The notes: generated from the sequence alone by a model not told the origin. Counted from the first letter of the stretch, positions 39,028 to 52,070 are shown. The stretch is 64,000 bases of DNA from Glaucostegus cemiculus (GCA_976551045.1 CDPCPM010000026.1:5518001-5582000); one strand, 5' to 3'. Program-made: numbers and translations.

Positions 39028-39989
39028 TTAGAGAGAGCTACTGTTCTTTTGTGGGGCATGAACCTTCAGTTATTAGAGCTATATTTAAAAGAGACTTAAA
39101 TGAATTGGTAGCACTGAAAAAAAATGGGATACATATTATCTTTCAACCCTGGACTACAATATTATGGTAAATTGAATTTTGAATGTGCACCAACTATTGC
39201 CAAAAGATCTTCTATAAAATTGGATTCATTACAATAAATAAAATGTGGGTAGCAATTTTTGTGCAGGATTAACTACAGTGTATAAAAAATAAAACAGGAT
39301 GGAGAATGGGTCCTGATGCATATCAGGGATAACTCATGTTAGTAACAGGGATGGTCACAGGACCCGTACAAGACCCTCTTATGTTGACTTCCACTGTCTG
39401 GATCACTGACAAATTTACTGATAATAAAAAAGTTCTGAAGAAAAAAATCAAGTTAAAATACTGCACATCAAATTATGTTGGTAAGTGAAGAAGAAAGGCA
39501 CAACAGTCACGTTAACAATCGTTGCCATCATTTCAGGATTATTGCCAAACTAACTCTTTAAGAAGGGTATCTGGTTAAGGAAAAGTGCACATGCATTAAA
39601 ACAAACAGCACACGTACTGAAAGAGGAATTAAAACTGAGCTATGCTTGGTGAAAATTATGACACATACACTGACAACGCTAATTTACACCAGCAAGCACT
39701 CTAACAACCCCTCTGCTATAATCAAATTATCCAACAATCAGTATTAGATAAGCAGAAATTTCCTCCAATTAATTATCAGGAAAACCAATGTTTCTTCTTG
39801 ATCAAGCTCCTTCCCTTTGCGATCCTCTGCCTGGCAACCATCAGCAGGACTGCAACTTGGACATCGATTCTGTTAGCAAAGGTGAGCTTCAGGATTTCTG
39901 TCTGTGCCATAACTAAGGTCAGCATGGTAACATAACCTTAATCATTTCAAATCCCATCATTTTTTCACCTCTTCTCATCTTCATGTTCT

Positions 39990-40295
39990 CTTCCAGTCCA
40001 TCAACACTCCAAGTTATCCTTTAATTCTGGGGTTCACCCTGATTTTAATCACTTTACTATTGGCTATAGCTTCACACCTCAAAGCTCAAAACTCCAAAAT
40101 TCTCCTCTGAAATCTCTCTACCCCTCCTTCCTCCTTTGACATGCCTCAAAACCAACTTCTTTAAGCAAAGTTTGGTCATTTGGTCTAAAATCTAATGTGA
40201 CCCAATAGTGAATTTTCTTTAATAACATTCCAACATTATGCCTTTGATCATTTTACAACATTAAGGGTGACATATGAATGCAAACTGTTGATAAT
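39990..40295 (+). mobile_element. L2 3' end fragment
   Basis: Tail ...tttggtcat...ttttacaacattaagggtgacatatgaatgcaaactgttg, homologous to 51850-52070 and the inverse of 1150-1400. Confidence 0.5.
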
Positions 40296-40709
40296 ATTAT
40301 ATTTGTTTTCAAACACAAAGGCAGCTCTGTACAACATAATGAGCCCTTTCCAACATGCTTACTCTTGTAAAGATTCATGTGTTTACATTTGTAGTTTAAT
40401 GAACTGAGTAACATCTCACATTCTACAAAATGAATAATGCCCATGACTTAACAGTTAAACAATCAAAGTGAGGAGGGAAACAAACTCTGACATATCAGTT
40501 TATTTCCACAGAAATGCATCCGTTCAGCTTTCAACCCTTGACCCTGTGATTGGTGTCTTAAGTTCAGATTATGCAAGTCAAAAATAATAGAAGAGGTAAA
40601 CAAACAAAGAAGTTCCACACGCGAATCATGCAGAGAATGGAGACTTCATCCATAGCAAGAATTTTTTTGTTACTAATAGTTACTTTTCTCACTCATGTGG
40701 GACCCTTAC

Positions 40710-40813
40710 CGATAGCAGTTGTTATCGAATTTGTTATAACTGGCAAATGCAATTATAACTCCAAAACCAGCTCCAAGGGAATAAAAGATCTGAGTTGCTG
40801 CTTCGATCCAAAC
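40710..40813 (-). CDS. slc6a2: Noradrenaline transporter, internal coding exon (104 nt; TM6)
   Basis: ctgtag|GTTTGGATC...TATCG|gtaag. Translates [34 protein letters not shown](R). GAGFG and [11 protein letters not shown] are NET-type; DAT has GVGFG and AFSSYNKFTNN. Confidence 0.95.
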
Positions 40814-40924
40814 CTACAGGAAAAGAGGGCATGTGGTCATTCATTACGTACAGACAACATTTCATCAAGATACCTTTAGTTAATTCATATGCACAAAGCA
40901 GAAACTGCACTCAGAGCCATCACT

Positions 40925-41640
40925 AATTGCTGAATTGAGGTGGTGGTGAGCCACCTTTCAGAGCCACTGGAGTCCTTGCAATGAAAGTGCTCACATTGCC
41001 GGGTATTCTAGGGTTAAGGCCCTTTGATAAGGAAGTGATGCTGGCCTATTTCTAAATCAGGATAAGGTGTGATTTGGAGGAGAATAAATTGGATTCCTAT
41101 GTCCTTGCCTTTAGCATTCAGCACTGCAGGGGTTACAGCTTTGTGAGATACTGTCAAAGCTATGCATTTTGTAGGCTAAACATAATAGCTAAGGTAGTGG
41201 GGAGAGTGGGGATTTAATATGGATGGGGTTGCATTTGGTGGACTGCTTTGTCCCAAATGTTGTTGAGTGTCATTTTGGAGATGCATCCAGCCAGGCATGT
41301 GAAGGATATTCAATCATGTCCTGACATGAGCCTTGCATAAAGAAACTTGTAGAGTCAAAGACAACTCAATCACTGCAGTATCTGACCTGCTATGTAGCCA
41401 GAATATGTAAGTAGTTGTTGTGTTTACTTTCTGGGCAATGGTAACAGCCCGAATGTTGAGTGTGGGTATTCAGCAATGTTGTTTGTCGAGAGAAATTCTC
41501 TCTTGTGACAGATGGTCATTACCTGGCACCTGTATGATGAAAATATTGTTTCTATTTATCATCCCTAGCCTGAATCCTGTCCAGGTCTTTGTGTGTGCAG
41601 ACTCAAACTATTCTGTTATCTAAAGAGTTGTGAATAGAAC
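40925..41640 (-). mobile_element. Degenerate LINE 3' part (same family as 9890-10220 and 19760-21310)
   Basis: ctaattgc...gaggtggtggtgagccacc is the inverse of the family tail; agcctgaatcctgtccaggtctt is DLDRIQA on the minus strand. Confidence 0.7.
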
Positions 41641-41654
41641 ATGAAAAAGTAAAA

Positions 41655-41780
41655 TCTGCAAACAAAGTAAACGCTTAAAAAGAACCCAAAGATTTACTGG
41701 AAAAAGCAGCAGGTTAAGCAACATCAGTGGACAGAGAAATAGAGTTAATGATTCAGGACGATGATCCTTCATCAGAACCC
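41655..41780. repeat. Penelope-derived short element ending in a near-intact hammerhead motif (minus strand 41742-41780)
   Basis: Minus strand GGGTT-CTGATGA-AGGATCATCGTCCT-GAATCATT-AACTC. Confidence 0.75.
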
Positions 41781-44571
41781 TGGATTGCCTGTCCACCATA
41801 ATGTTGTACCCAAAGGTGTTCTTCCTTAAGGTTGGGTGATTTTGTTTAAGAATGAAATAGAAAAAAATATTCCTTCAATGGCAATTTCTTCCCTGTTTAA
41901 AGGAAATGCTACAACTTATTCAATTTAAAGAAATATACTTGATTTCAGTTTTGTCATCTCCCCCCTCTGAAGTTTTGAAAAATATAAACTTAACTTCGCG
42001 ATTACAAACTTGAATTTAGGCATAAATATAAAAGGGTTGCAAGACACTAACCTCCCTAAAAAATTGATTAATAAAGCAAGTGGATTACATTAAAAATCCA
42101 GTGTTCCTAATGAAAGGTTTATATATTAGGAGATACACAAGGCTTTATATTGAAATTGCAATGCAAGTGTTAAAGTTAATATCATTGTGTATTAAGGGCC
42201 AGATAATGCCCCTTTGCCTTCAAGTTTAATTAATCATTCAGCCCAATTTATGTTTAAAACCTGCATACCCTAGAATATTGGATACACCTAAGAAGTGGAT
42301 TAACTTTTCAGGCTGAGAGAATCAACAATGCTTGTTACAAAGACCAGATGTTTAGGAGCTGTTGCATAACTTAATGCTGTCTTATTCCCTCCTCCTTTCA
42401 TCAAAATATCACTCGTGCAGCCAGAACCCTGACATGACATTGCCCAGATGATTTAGTTTTCACTATGCTGCCAAGAAGCGAACTATCAAACAAAAGGAAT
42501 CACAGCCACATTCAGTCCCCTCCAACAGAAGAACTCTTGGTCAACGTACCAGGGCCATCATTATCTGCAACACTGTTTATAGGGGTAAAGTTTGGTGCCT
42601 TCTGCCCAAGTCAGGGTAAGAAATGTACTGAAGGACACAGCCATTGTAAACAGTTAGGATTATGCCAAAGTTCATCAAGCCAAAGTAAGTAAAAAAAAAC
42701 CCAGATTCAACAATGTCAGGCAATGATAGGTAACCATGTTACTCTGGCAATGGCAATTCTTACATTGGTGCAACATGGGTTTCGGACAAAATACTACGGT
42801 CTCTACAGCCTGCCAAATTAATTGCTCCATTCATCATGTCCTTGAAAACATGTTGTCTCAGTTTTCACTAATATATATGTTGGTTATAGCAGCACAATTC
42901 AACTGAATTTGGCTAAGTAGAGAAATTTTAAATGCAGATTACACTGAATATGTGTCAGAATGCCATGTTCTCCAAGGCTGGTTTGAAAATAATGGATCTG
43001 GAAGCTGGCCTGCACAACAAACTAGTAATGCATAGATCACATTGGAGAACATTGGAAGTTTCTCCCAACTGACCTGGCTGATACATTTCAAAAGATATCC
43101 CATACACCAGTGAAACTGGTAAAAGATTCTATTCAAATTTTTTAATTCATAGTTGGTAATGGACTAGAATAAAAGTGCTTTTATTTTTGTGGTGACCACA
43201 TATTCTGCACAGAAATGGAACCCAGTAACCTTCCATAACCTCAATGGATTGAGTAGTCTCCTGAGTTATCATTTTATGAATTTGCATTTGTGATTATGCA
43301 AGCAACATGGAAAGTCTACTTCTCTCTAACTTTTTCCATCAAACTGCAGCAGAACATACTGATCAAAAACATAACGTGTACTGAAATAGATTGTATCTGA
43401 CCTCAACTAATGCCACCAACCACCTCGTTCCTCTCCCACTTTAGATCCCATCGTTGTCAGTGATGGGTGGGAATGTCCCATGATCCTCCTCTGCCTATTA
43501 CTCGTTAACCAACAAAAATTGTAATGCCTCAGGCCAACTCTGGTTATTTACAACACATCTCAGTCAGAGCTGGCAGCCACCCTCCTTTTGCTTTGCCAGC
43601 TAATGGCAGTACAATGTAATACCTACTTGTACAGCTTGGTACAATTGACCTTCTGGCAGTACAAAAGGGGACATCCCAAGGGAAGTCCCCAGAAGTGTTG
43701 AGGATCATACTGGAATACATGCCATAATTCTCTGGCCCAATGGAGAAAGCCATAAAAAATAAAGTTTACTGATTATTATTCCCTAAATTTCTTGATGTTC
43801 GTGAAGCCCGGAGCTCAGAACAATCAAACCCCAGCAGATGTTGCAAATGCAGTGAACTACAGATTACTAAAATTTCACTACTCTGAGTGGAACAAGAGTA
43901 GGCCATTCAGTTCTTCAAGCCTGTCCCACTGTTCAGACTCTGCTGTCCTTTCACTTCATTTGCCTCCCTTTCTTCCAAATCCTTAATACACAAATTCATG
44001 AATTGTAACCTTGATGTGGTAAAGATATTTAAACTGTACTAATAAACCTGAATGCCATACAGTCTGCAGTTCGGCTGTGGTGGTAGGGTCACTCACAGCA
44101 GTAAGTTGAAGGAATGGGTACTAGACAAAGAGCAATCCTTCTCTCAGATCTCAATGGCAAAGAAAGCAGATGGAGAGTTCACTTCTCAATGACTGCAGTG
44201 GTGAAGAAATGAAGACTTCAATGGAGGATGAACCCCTAATTCTTCTAGTTTACCCTACCCATCTGATTCAGATTAATCTTCTGCCAAAGATTTTTCAGCT
44301 GTTGCTGTGCAATGGCTTCCTCAGTCTAAAAAAAGTCTCACAGGAGTCTTGCATATTGCAAACTCCCACCCTGCAGAAGTCCTGTGGTGATGGAACAGTG
44401 TCGATGGGGAAAGGGGAAGTGAGCACTGTGAATCTCTGGTCACAAATCCACACACAGGCAGCGATGGTTGTCTTACACTAGGACTTGAGATGGAAGTGCA
44501 ATGTAGCAGCTGTCAGCATGACTGAGCCATCCTTAACTCTCTTCCACACACCCCACATGAGAAAGGGACTT

Positions 44572-44765
44572 GAAAACAAACTCCAAATATGGAATAAGAA
44601 CAGAAAATGGTGGAAATACTCAGCAGGTCAGACAGCACCTGTGGAAAGAGAAATAAAGTTATTGTTTCAGAAGCACTAACTGTTTCTCTTTCCATGGATG
44701 CTGCCTGACCTACTGAATGCTTCTAATGCCTTTTTTTATTGCAGATTTCTAGCATCTGCATTTAA
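44572..44765. repeat. Palindromic Penelope-derived short element
   Basis: ctcagcaggtcagacagcacctgtggaaagagaaa / tttctctttccatggatgctgcctgacctactga inverted arms. Confidence 0.8.
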
Positions 44766-44849
44766 AAAAAAATCTTTCATACCTTAAACATGGGCTGCCT
44801 CACTTACCCCAGGCTGGTTAACTGTCTCCATGGCAGCTTCACTCCCAAA

Positions 44850-46350
44850 CTGCAGTGTGCAACAAAAGATGAGCTTCACAGCCTGGAGTGTTCAAACTCT
44901 GATCGACAAAGTAACCAACAACCAACCCAAATGAAGGAAAGCAAGAGATGCACAAAAACCTGCACAGCATAACATCAACATCACCATACTAAGTGGGTCA
45001 ATGTGTGGTGATGAAGGATGACGGAGAGGAGGGCGAGACTACACCTTCCCTGGAAAGGATAACTAACACATGAATTGTTGATTTTGCTATCAAGAACACA
45101 CTCCTTGATCTGATGTAGGAACCATTGCTGGGATTTACTCTTCAACTCAAGCTGACTGGTCAACAGTTTGCAGTGGTCATCAGTGCTTTTGCTCCAACTC
45201 TTGACTCTGAAGAAGAGGAAGAACAGATCTATGCCAATCTTAATGAAGTCTTCAGGAAGACAAAATCATCCTTCTTGAAGAGGTCAGTGGAAGACTTGGT
45301 AAGGATGCTGATCCCTGCACTGTCCCTATTGGTAACGAGGGAGTAAGAAAGGCCAATTCAAACAGCCTTCCTCTTGGCAAATTTGTTGAACGTGGAATTG
45401 TGATTACTGACACAAGTTTTAGATAACATGGCAAATCAGGGCAGGCACGGTAGTGTAGTGGTTAGCATAACGCTATTACAGTGGTAGTGACTCAGGCTCG
45501 ATTCCAGCCACTGTCTGTAAGGAGTTTGTGTGTTCTCCCCATGTCTGCATGGGTTTCCTCCAGGTGCTCCAGTTTCCTCCCATATTCGAAAAACATACGG
45601 GTTAGGAAGTTGTGGGGATGCTATGTTGGCGCCAGAAATGTGGCGACACTTGCGGGCTGCCCCCAGAACACTCAATGCAAAAGATGTGTGTTTCAATGTA
45701 CATGTGACTAATAAAGAAATCTTATCTTATAAAATCGAAGACTGCATGGAAACACTCATGTTCAAAACACAGGTACCTTGTAGACTACATAAATCAGGAA
45801 TGTAATCATCTGAAGGATGCTTGCATCACCAGAGTTGCGAAACTGATCATAGTCCTGTAAGATCAACTATGCTATTCAGAATGACTCCAATACAAAGGCC
45901 AAAAGACAATAGAAGTATATGACACCCTGCTGTTGTAAGAACCCAGGAAACACAATGAGTCATAGTAAATCATGGCTAAAGAACTCTCTGCCCTCTCATT
46001 TGCTATTGAAGGCTTCAGTACTGGGAACCATTGGAAAGTCCTGAAAGCTGTCATCCACAAGACTTGCAATGAATCCTGAGGTGTCATCACCTAACATCAT
46101 GAGGACTGGTTTGAAGAAAATGACACTCAGATTAAAAGTTTGCTTGGCCAAAAGAAGAGAGTCTTTTACAATCAGCAAAACAGGCCAGAATCTTTGCATG
46201 TTGGCCTAAATGATTAATAAATCAAGATAAATGCACAAAAGAAGATGCAAGAAATCAAGAACAACTGGTGGACTGAAAAGGTGAGGAAAGTCCAAAAGTG
46301 TGCCCACAGACATGCCCCGCAGAGGGGCTTTTCCAGACTTCTATCACCTT
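44850..46350 (+). mobile_element. RTE-clade LINE fragment (APE endonuclease and linker), interrupted by a SINE
   Basis: ORF 45125..45346 LQLKLTGQQFAVVISAFAPTLDSEEEEEQIYANL, then DKIILL, ITDT.F, TAWKH, TDH, HEDWFEEND and KNNWW, typical of RTE/BovB-like ORF. Confidence 0.8.
45438..45730 (+). mobile_element. V-SINE-like element with a non-CR1 tail, nested in the RTE fragment
   Basis: tRNA-like head (gtagtggttagc...ggctcgattcc), V-like core, and tail ...gtacatgtgactaataaaga-(atctt)n. Confidence 0.8.
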
Positions 46351-46384
46351 TTACGTGAAGAAGTCACTTCTGAATTGTCTAACA

Positions 46385-46705
46385 TAGGGTGGCACAGTAG
46401 TTAGAGCTGCTGCCTCAGAGTTCCGGTGATCCAGCTTTGGGTGCTGTCTAAATGGAGTTTGCATGTTTTCCCTGTGACCTTGTGGATTGCTCACAGGTGC
46501 TCCAGTTTCTCCTATGTCCCAAGGACCTGCTGGTTGTAAGTTAATTGACTTCTGTAAATCATTCCTAGTGTGGGTGGATGGCAGGTGAATCAAGAGAAAT
46601 TGATGGGTATGTGAGAGAGAATAGGTAACAGATAAATAAATAGGGCACTGGGATTGAACTGAAAGCTGCCATTGACTTAATGATCCAAATGGCACCTTTC
46701 TTTGT
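46385..46705 (+). mobile_element. HE1/V-SINE-like element
   Basis: Family head and core (ggagtttgcatgtt...ggtgctccagtttc). Confidence 0.8.
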
Positions 46706-46839
46706 TGCAAAGAAATACAAGTTAACTTTACTTGACTCTTATGCCAAGTGGAAACCATAGACAGTATAAAACATAAAAGTGTATGGATCAGATCCAATCC
46801 AGGAGGCAGAGGTAGACAAAGAGTGTATGAGATCTATGT

Positions 46840-47125
46840 TAGTGCAGCTAGCAGAGCTGTTGCCTCACAGCACCAGAGACACAGGTTCAATCCTGATTTC
46901 AGGTGCATAAAGTTTGCATGTTCTCCCTGTGCATGGATTTTCTCCTGGGTTTCCAGTTTTCTTCCACATCCCAAAGACATGTGGGTTGGTAGGTGAGTGG
47001 AAGATTCTGAGGATGTTGATGAGAATATGGGAAGAACAATAAGGGATTAATGACGATTATTGTAAATGGATAGTTGCTGGTCAGCACACACTCAGTGGGC
47101 CTAAGGATCTACTTCCATGCTGTTT
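46840..47125 (+). mobile_element. HE1/V-SINE-like element
   Basis: caggttcaatcc B-box-like motif, core ccacatcccaaagac, CR1-type tail. Confidence 0.8.
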
Positions 47126-50049
47126 GTAAATTTCCATCCCTGATAAGGGGCTATAATTTCCAACACAACACAGCAACCTCTGATGCATCACAAAAAAAAC
47201 TGTTCACATCATTCAACACGGGTTGGTACAAAGTATGCCAGTTACATTAATTAATTTGCAGGGTGGATCCGCAGGTAAATCTCATTTGCCATGTAGCTCT
47301 GCTTTTGTGCTTCATCCTTAATATGCAGAAGAAACGTTCCAGACATTCAAAAATCCACCTCGCCAAAATTTCTGAGTTTCCAAAGAATGTGCCTTGCCTG
47401 AACATAAAAACAGCAGATGTTCATTTCGACATAGTCAGTTCTACAACTTGACCATTGAAAACCATTTAGTTGGGCCGATGTTGCTAAATATTCACTGAAC
47501 ATTAGTGATGTTATTAATTGCTTGTCAATATATTAGCAAAGTTTTGTGCTCGAGAAGTTTTCCTGGCAAAACTGTTTTTCCTTCTCATTTGCTTAATTTA
47601 GAATTGTTAAACTTAGAATAACGAAGTTCCTGATTATATCATTGCAAAATTCTGATTAGAAAAGCAGATCTCCTGGCCTGGAAAGCTCATTTTCCAAAAT
47701 TACCACCCTACCCCGTCCCCACCTCATCTCCCATAACTAACTGCAACTAGCCAGTAGAGACAGAAGTCCCACTCTATAAGTTAAGAAAGGGTGAGGAATC
47801 TTATAACAAAATGACCAGAGCTTGAACTGTATGTTCACTTAGTGCAGGAGTTGGGATTAGTGCCATCTTTGCTAGGCAGTTATGTCAGGGAAGATACTTG
47901 CCAGTTCTAAACCATGAGGTAAAAAAAACACTAGCTCCTCCATCATACATTCCTTTTTTCAGATGAGAATGTCTTGGAGTTGCACTTCTTATACTGGTTT
48001 ACATTATCTGAGGCTGGATAACAGACTAATATTTTAAGTGTAGATTGAAAAGTAATTTACAGAACTTTGATGAAATTGTTTTCTGCATATCAGAGCTCAT
48101 CACTATTAGATACAGTTTTATAATGAAGAAACTGCATTTTAAATAAAATGTGTACTGAAAGCAGAATAGTATATTAAAGTAGTATTGTCTGCAGACAATT
48201 TTCACAATCAAAACTCAGATCATTAAAGGTGATAAATGCAGTGGAACGAATTGATCATGCTCACTGGTAGTACTTTATTATCACTTGGGGATAATTATTA
48301 AAAATTTCTTCTTTCTGAATTAATCTTTTGGAAAGGTGAACAAGAAGCAGCATTCTATCTGTTGAAGGCACCATACCCTTCTGGTCTGGACAATGCCTTA
48401 CGAAGCTTCTGATTGTGATGCAATCACTGTCTATATAATAGCTTCTAGTTTATTAAGCCATTGCTGTGTAAAATCTTTGCATTTAGCATGGTTAAACTGA
48501 GATAAAATGATGAAAAATGGAAATAAATGCACTGTTGGAAATGCTTAGATTAACTGAGAAACAAGTTAATGTTACTGACAAGAGCAAAAACTTTTCTTGA
48601 AGAGTTTCACCTGGGATATTAACTGACTCAATGTTTTTAACATTTCCTATTTTTATTTAAGGATTTAATATTTACTTGACAACAAGACCACTGAGTATTG
48701 GAAAATCGCAGAAGGAATGAAAAGGTCTTGTGGCTGCAATGGAATTCTATTTGGACCAGCAATGCAAAGCTACACACTTAATACATTAGGAACTTAGATA
48801 TTTTCCTGCTTCTTTTAATGTAAGTATTTGGCTTAATATCGAGCAGTGTCTAGAACAAGTCGTTTCATTTTTTTTCCTACGTGCAGCGATGGAGCAGTAG
48901 GTTGTTTGCTGGCAAGACTATCCTTGTTTCTAATAACCGTAGTTATATAGATATTCCTCTCTCTAGACCAGGCGAAGAAACTGCTTTCAGGACATCTGGA
49001 ACATTGGCAAAGAAGAGCAGATCTATGATTCAGAAGTGCCAAAAGGTAAATGATTTCGTTAACTGGTTGTGATTGTGAGGATTTCATGAAATGTCAATTG
49101 ACAATGAAGCCAAATTCACTTCTATATGAATGAATAAGATTGAGCACAAATTGCAATGATACTTCTTCAAATTTGATTATAAAAACTTCTAAGTTGCTTT
49201 TGCCTTTTCACCTATTTGTCCATCAAATCATATGACATGCTGTCAAAATAACAGTGAATGCAAATCTGTTCACCTAATTGATGGACAAATAGTAGTGCAA
49301 TTACAGACACAGCATTCATGTGATTACACACATTCAAAAATTGTTATCTGAGTTTCAGTGAGAAAATAGCATCTTCCTTGCAGTCTGCTTAATCTATTCT
49401 GAGAACTTGCTATATTTGCCCTTTCCATTTTCCGTGGTTAAGTTTTCTGTTTAAACTTACACCTTCTAATGCTTGACAATTCATCATTATTGACTGTCAA
49501 TGTTCTTAGCCCTGAATATTAACTAGAGCAGCATCATTCCTTTGGGTTTTTCAAATTTTAAATTTTTTTAAAATTTTCCTTTCTGAACTTTCTTCTTTCT
49601 TTTAATCATGTTTTTTGCCTCTTTGCCCCTTTTTTTGTATCTGATTTGCCATTGAATGTGCCCAGTCTAATTCACAGGCTATCTTAATCCTTTCCTCTTC
49701 CTTCAGTCTTATTGCCCCAACCCTTCATATTTCAAGACTTAATTTCCCTCATAGCACCATTACAATATTGCACTTTAATAGCTTTGTATACAATACTTCT
49801 GAGGTGAAAGGAGCAGAAGCCTATCCAACTACTGTCAGATGTCTTGTTGCAGTAAGTTCAAGCCTGTTGTTAACTTGCAAATCTGGTTTCTTGACTGCAA
49901 TCGTCTAATACATTGGTGTCACCTATACCTTGGATATTCATTAAATAAATTCTAGGTTTAAAACTCACAACATACATGCTGGTGTTAAGTTCACACAAAA
50001 TGAGAATATCTCAACAATAATTAATTCTTTAAAAAAAAACCAGAGTAAA

Positions 50050-51245
50050 CTCACCAACTATAAGCCTAGCAGTCATTATGAGTGGTGGGAAAACAATAAG
50101 CCAGTTTGGAAAAGTATTAACTAGAAAATTAGAATCAGCATGGATTGTTAAAAGCAAATTAATTAATTTCTATGATGTGGTCTTGCAGTTGATATGAATA
50201 TGGACTTTCAAAAGGTGATTGACAAAATGCTTCTCAATAGATTCATTGGTAAAATTATAGCTCATGGGATTAAAAAGACAGAGGCAGCGTGGATACCAAA
50301 TTAGCCAAGGGACGGAAAACAGATGATACTGATGAATGATTGTTTTTCAGATGAGAGGGATGATGGGCTTCCTGGGAATTGGTAGTAATTTCACTGTACC
50401 TCATAATACTTATCAATGACCTGTATATAGGTATATAGGGCATCATTCCAAACTTTGTTGATGAATTAAAACCTGGAAATTCTGTAAACATTGAGGAGGA
50501 TTATAACAGACTTAAAAGGACAGTGAAGTAGGTGGAGACATGGCAGACAAAAATTAATGCTGAGCAGCGCAAAGAGATATATATTGGCAGGAAGATTAAG
50601 TAGAGGCAATTCAAACCAAATGGTGCAATTTCATGTGGTTATATAATCTTGGCATTTAGGATCAGTACTTTAGGATGCTTGTCTTTCTTAACAAGGATAT
50701 CAAGTATAAAAGCAAGGAAAATATGGAAGAAATTTATAAAACTCTGGTTTGGTTTCAGCTGGAGAATCAAATTCAGTGTTGGCCTGAGAACCTTAAGGCG
50801 GCCTTGAAGAAGGTGATGAAGAGATTTATCTTTACATGGGTAAAGCTAAGGGATGAAGGAGATCATTTAAAGGAACGAGGCTGTGAGATGTTCTCCTCAC
50901 AAAGGAGTGACACAAAAGGAGAACAAAGGAGTGAAGAGATCCCATTCAATGTTTGGATTCATGAGAGGTTTTATTGAGGAGAAAAAAAAAGTCAATAACC
51001 AGAGAACACTAATTTAAGATGATTGGCAAAAGTACCAGCTATGTCTTAAGGAAATTTTTTCTTCAATTTTACATAGTGAGATATGGTACTCTGGAATGCA
51101 TTAACTCAAAGGCTTTTAGAAGTTGACTCAACAATTTTTTAAGAGAACCTACAAGATTATGGAGAAGGAGTAGGGAAGAAGATACAGGATTATGATTATG
51201 CTAAACATAGATAAGATGGACCAAAGAGCTTCTTGATGTGGAATT
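50050..51245 (+). mobile_element. Old CR1 LINE RT plus 3' end (degenerate)
   Basis: Remnants SQHG, YMDFQK..DK, PNFVDELK, ORF 50675..50977 IKYKSKE.MEEIYKTLV..QLE..IQCW, and tail gatggaccaaagagc. Confidence 0.8.
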
Positions 51246-51559
51246 TGTTCTGTAATTTATCATTCAAATAAAAGATAGAACTTGTGTTATCCATAATATA
51301 ATTTGATCTGCACAAACCTTAAGACTTGCAGCAATTCAAGAAGGCAGCTCAGTACCATTTTTTCAAGGGCAACCAGGGATGGGCAATTAAATGCAAGCTC
51401 AACCTGTGAAGCCCACAACCCTTGAGCGAATATAAATTTTATTCTACGCAAGGAGTTGCTTACTCTGTTAGAACTTTTCTTTCTCAAGTTTCACCAACAA
51501 ATGGAGGTTACTAAGTGCACATCAATAACCTTTCCATGAGAGATTCAGTAGTTGATGGG

Positions 51560-52070
51560 AGCTAACTTAATTTTGAACCATTCATCCATCATTTGTTATC
51601 TCCAGGCTTCTTCAATATTTCTCCTAACCAAAACCCCATATTTTAAACTTAATAAACTTTAGGTGATTTAAAATTCTACTTCCTTGTCCCAAATCACACC
51701 AAATCCCATTCACTCATTATAACTGCAAAATTTTCACTTCTGTATTCAACTCTTTGATCTCAGCCCTTTCTATCTCTGTAACCTATCCAGCCTTATACTT
51801 CAGCACTGCTCAAATTCTAGTCTTTTATTCCCCATCATTGACAGCTGTTCTTTAATTACCCAAGTTTCATTTGCTTCCGAAAGCTGATTCTCTACCTCTC
51901 CCTTGTCCTTTGAGATGTTTCTTGCAACTTATGATAAGCCTTTGGTCATCCTTTCCACTACTTTCCAGTCTGGTTTAGTGTCAAATTCTGTTTGATAGCT
52001 TTCATAGAAGTAGTTCTGGCCAACTTTACTATCATAATGGCACACATATTACTGCTACTAATTGTTGTAT
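51560..52070 (+). mobile_element. L2 3' fragment
   Basis: Homologous to the 39990-40295 tail (gcctttggtcatc...gtgtcaaattctgtttgata...tttactatcataatggc). Confidence 0.5.

Noticed and set aside
40571-40879. Plus-strand 102-aa ORF (and similarly 31004..31387) overlapping an exon
   Set aside because: Antisense shadow of the real minus-strand exon or of a CR1 fragment.
45438-45510. tRNA-like sequence with A-box and B-box motifs
   Set aside because: It is a SINE head continuing into the V-like core; no complete cloverleaf.
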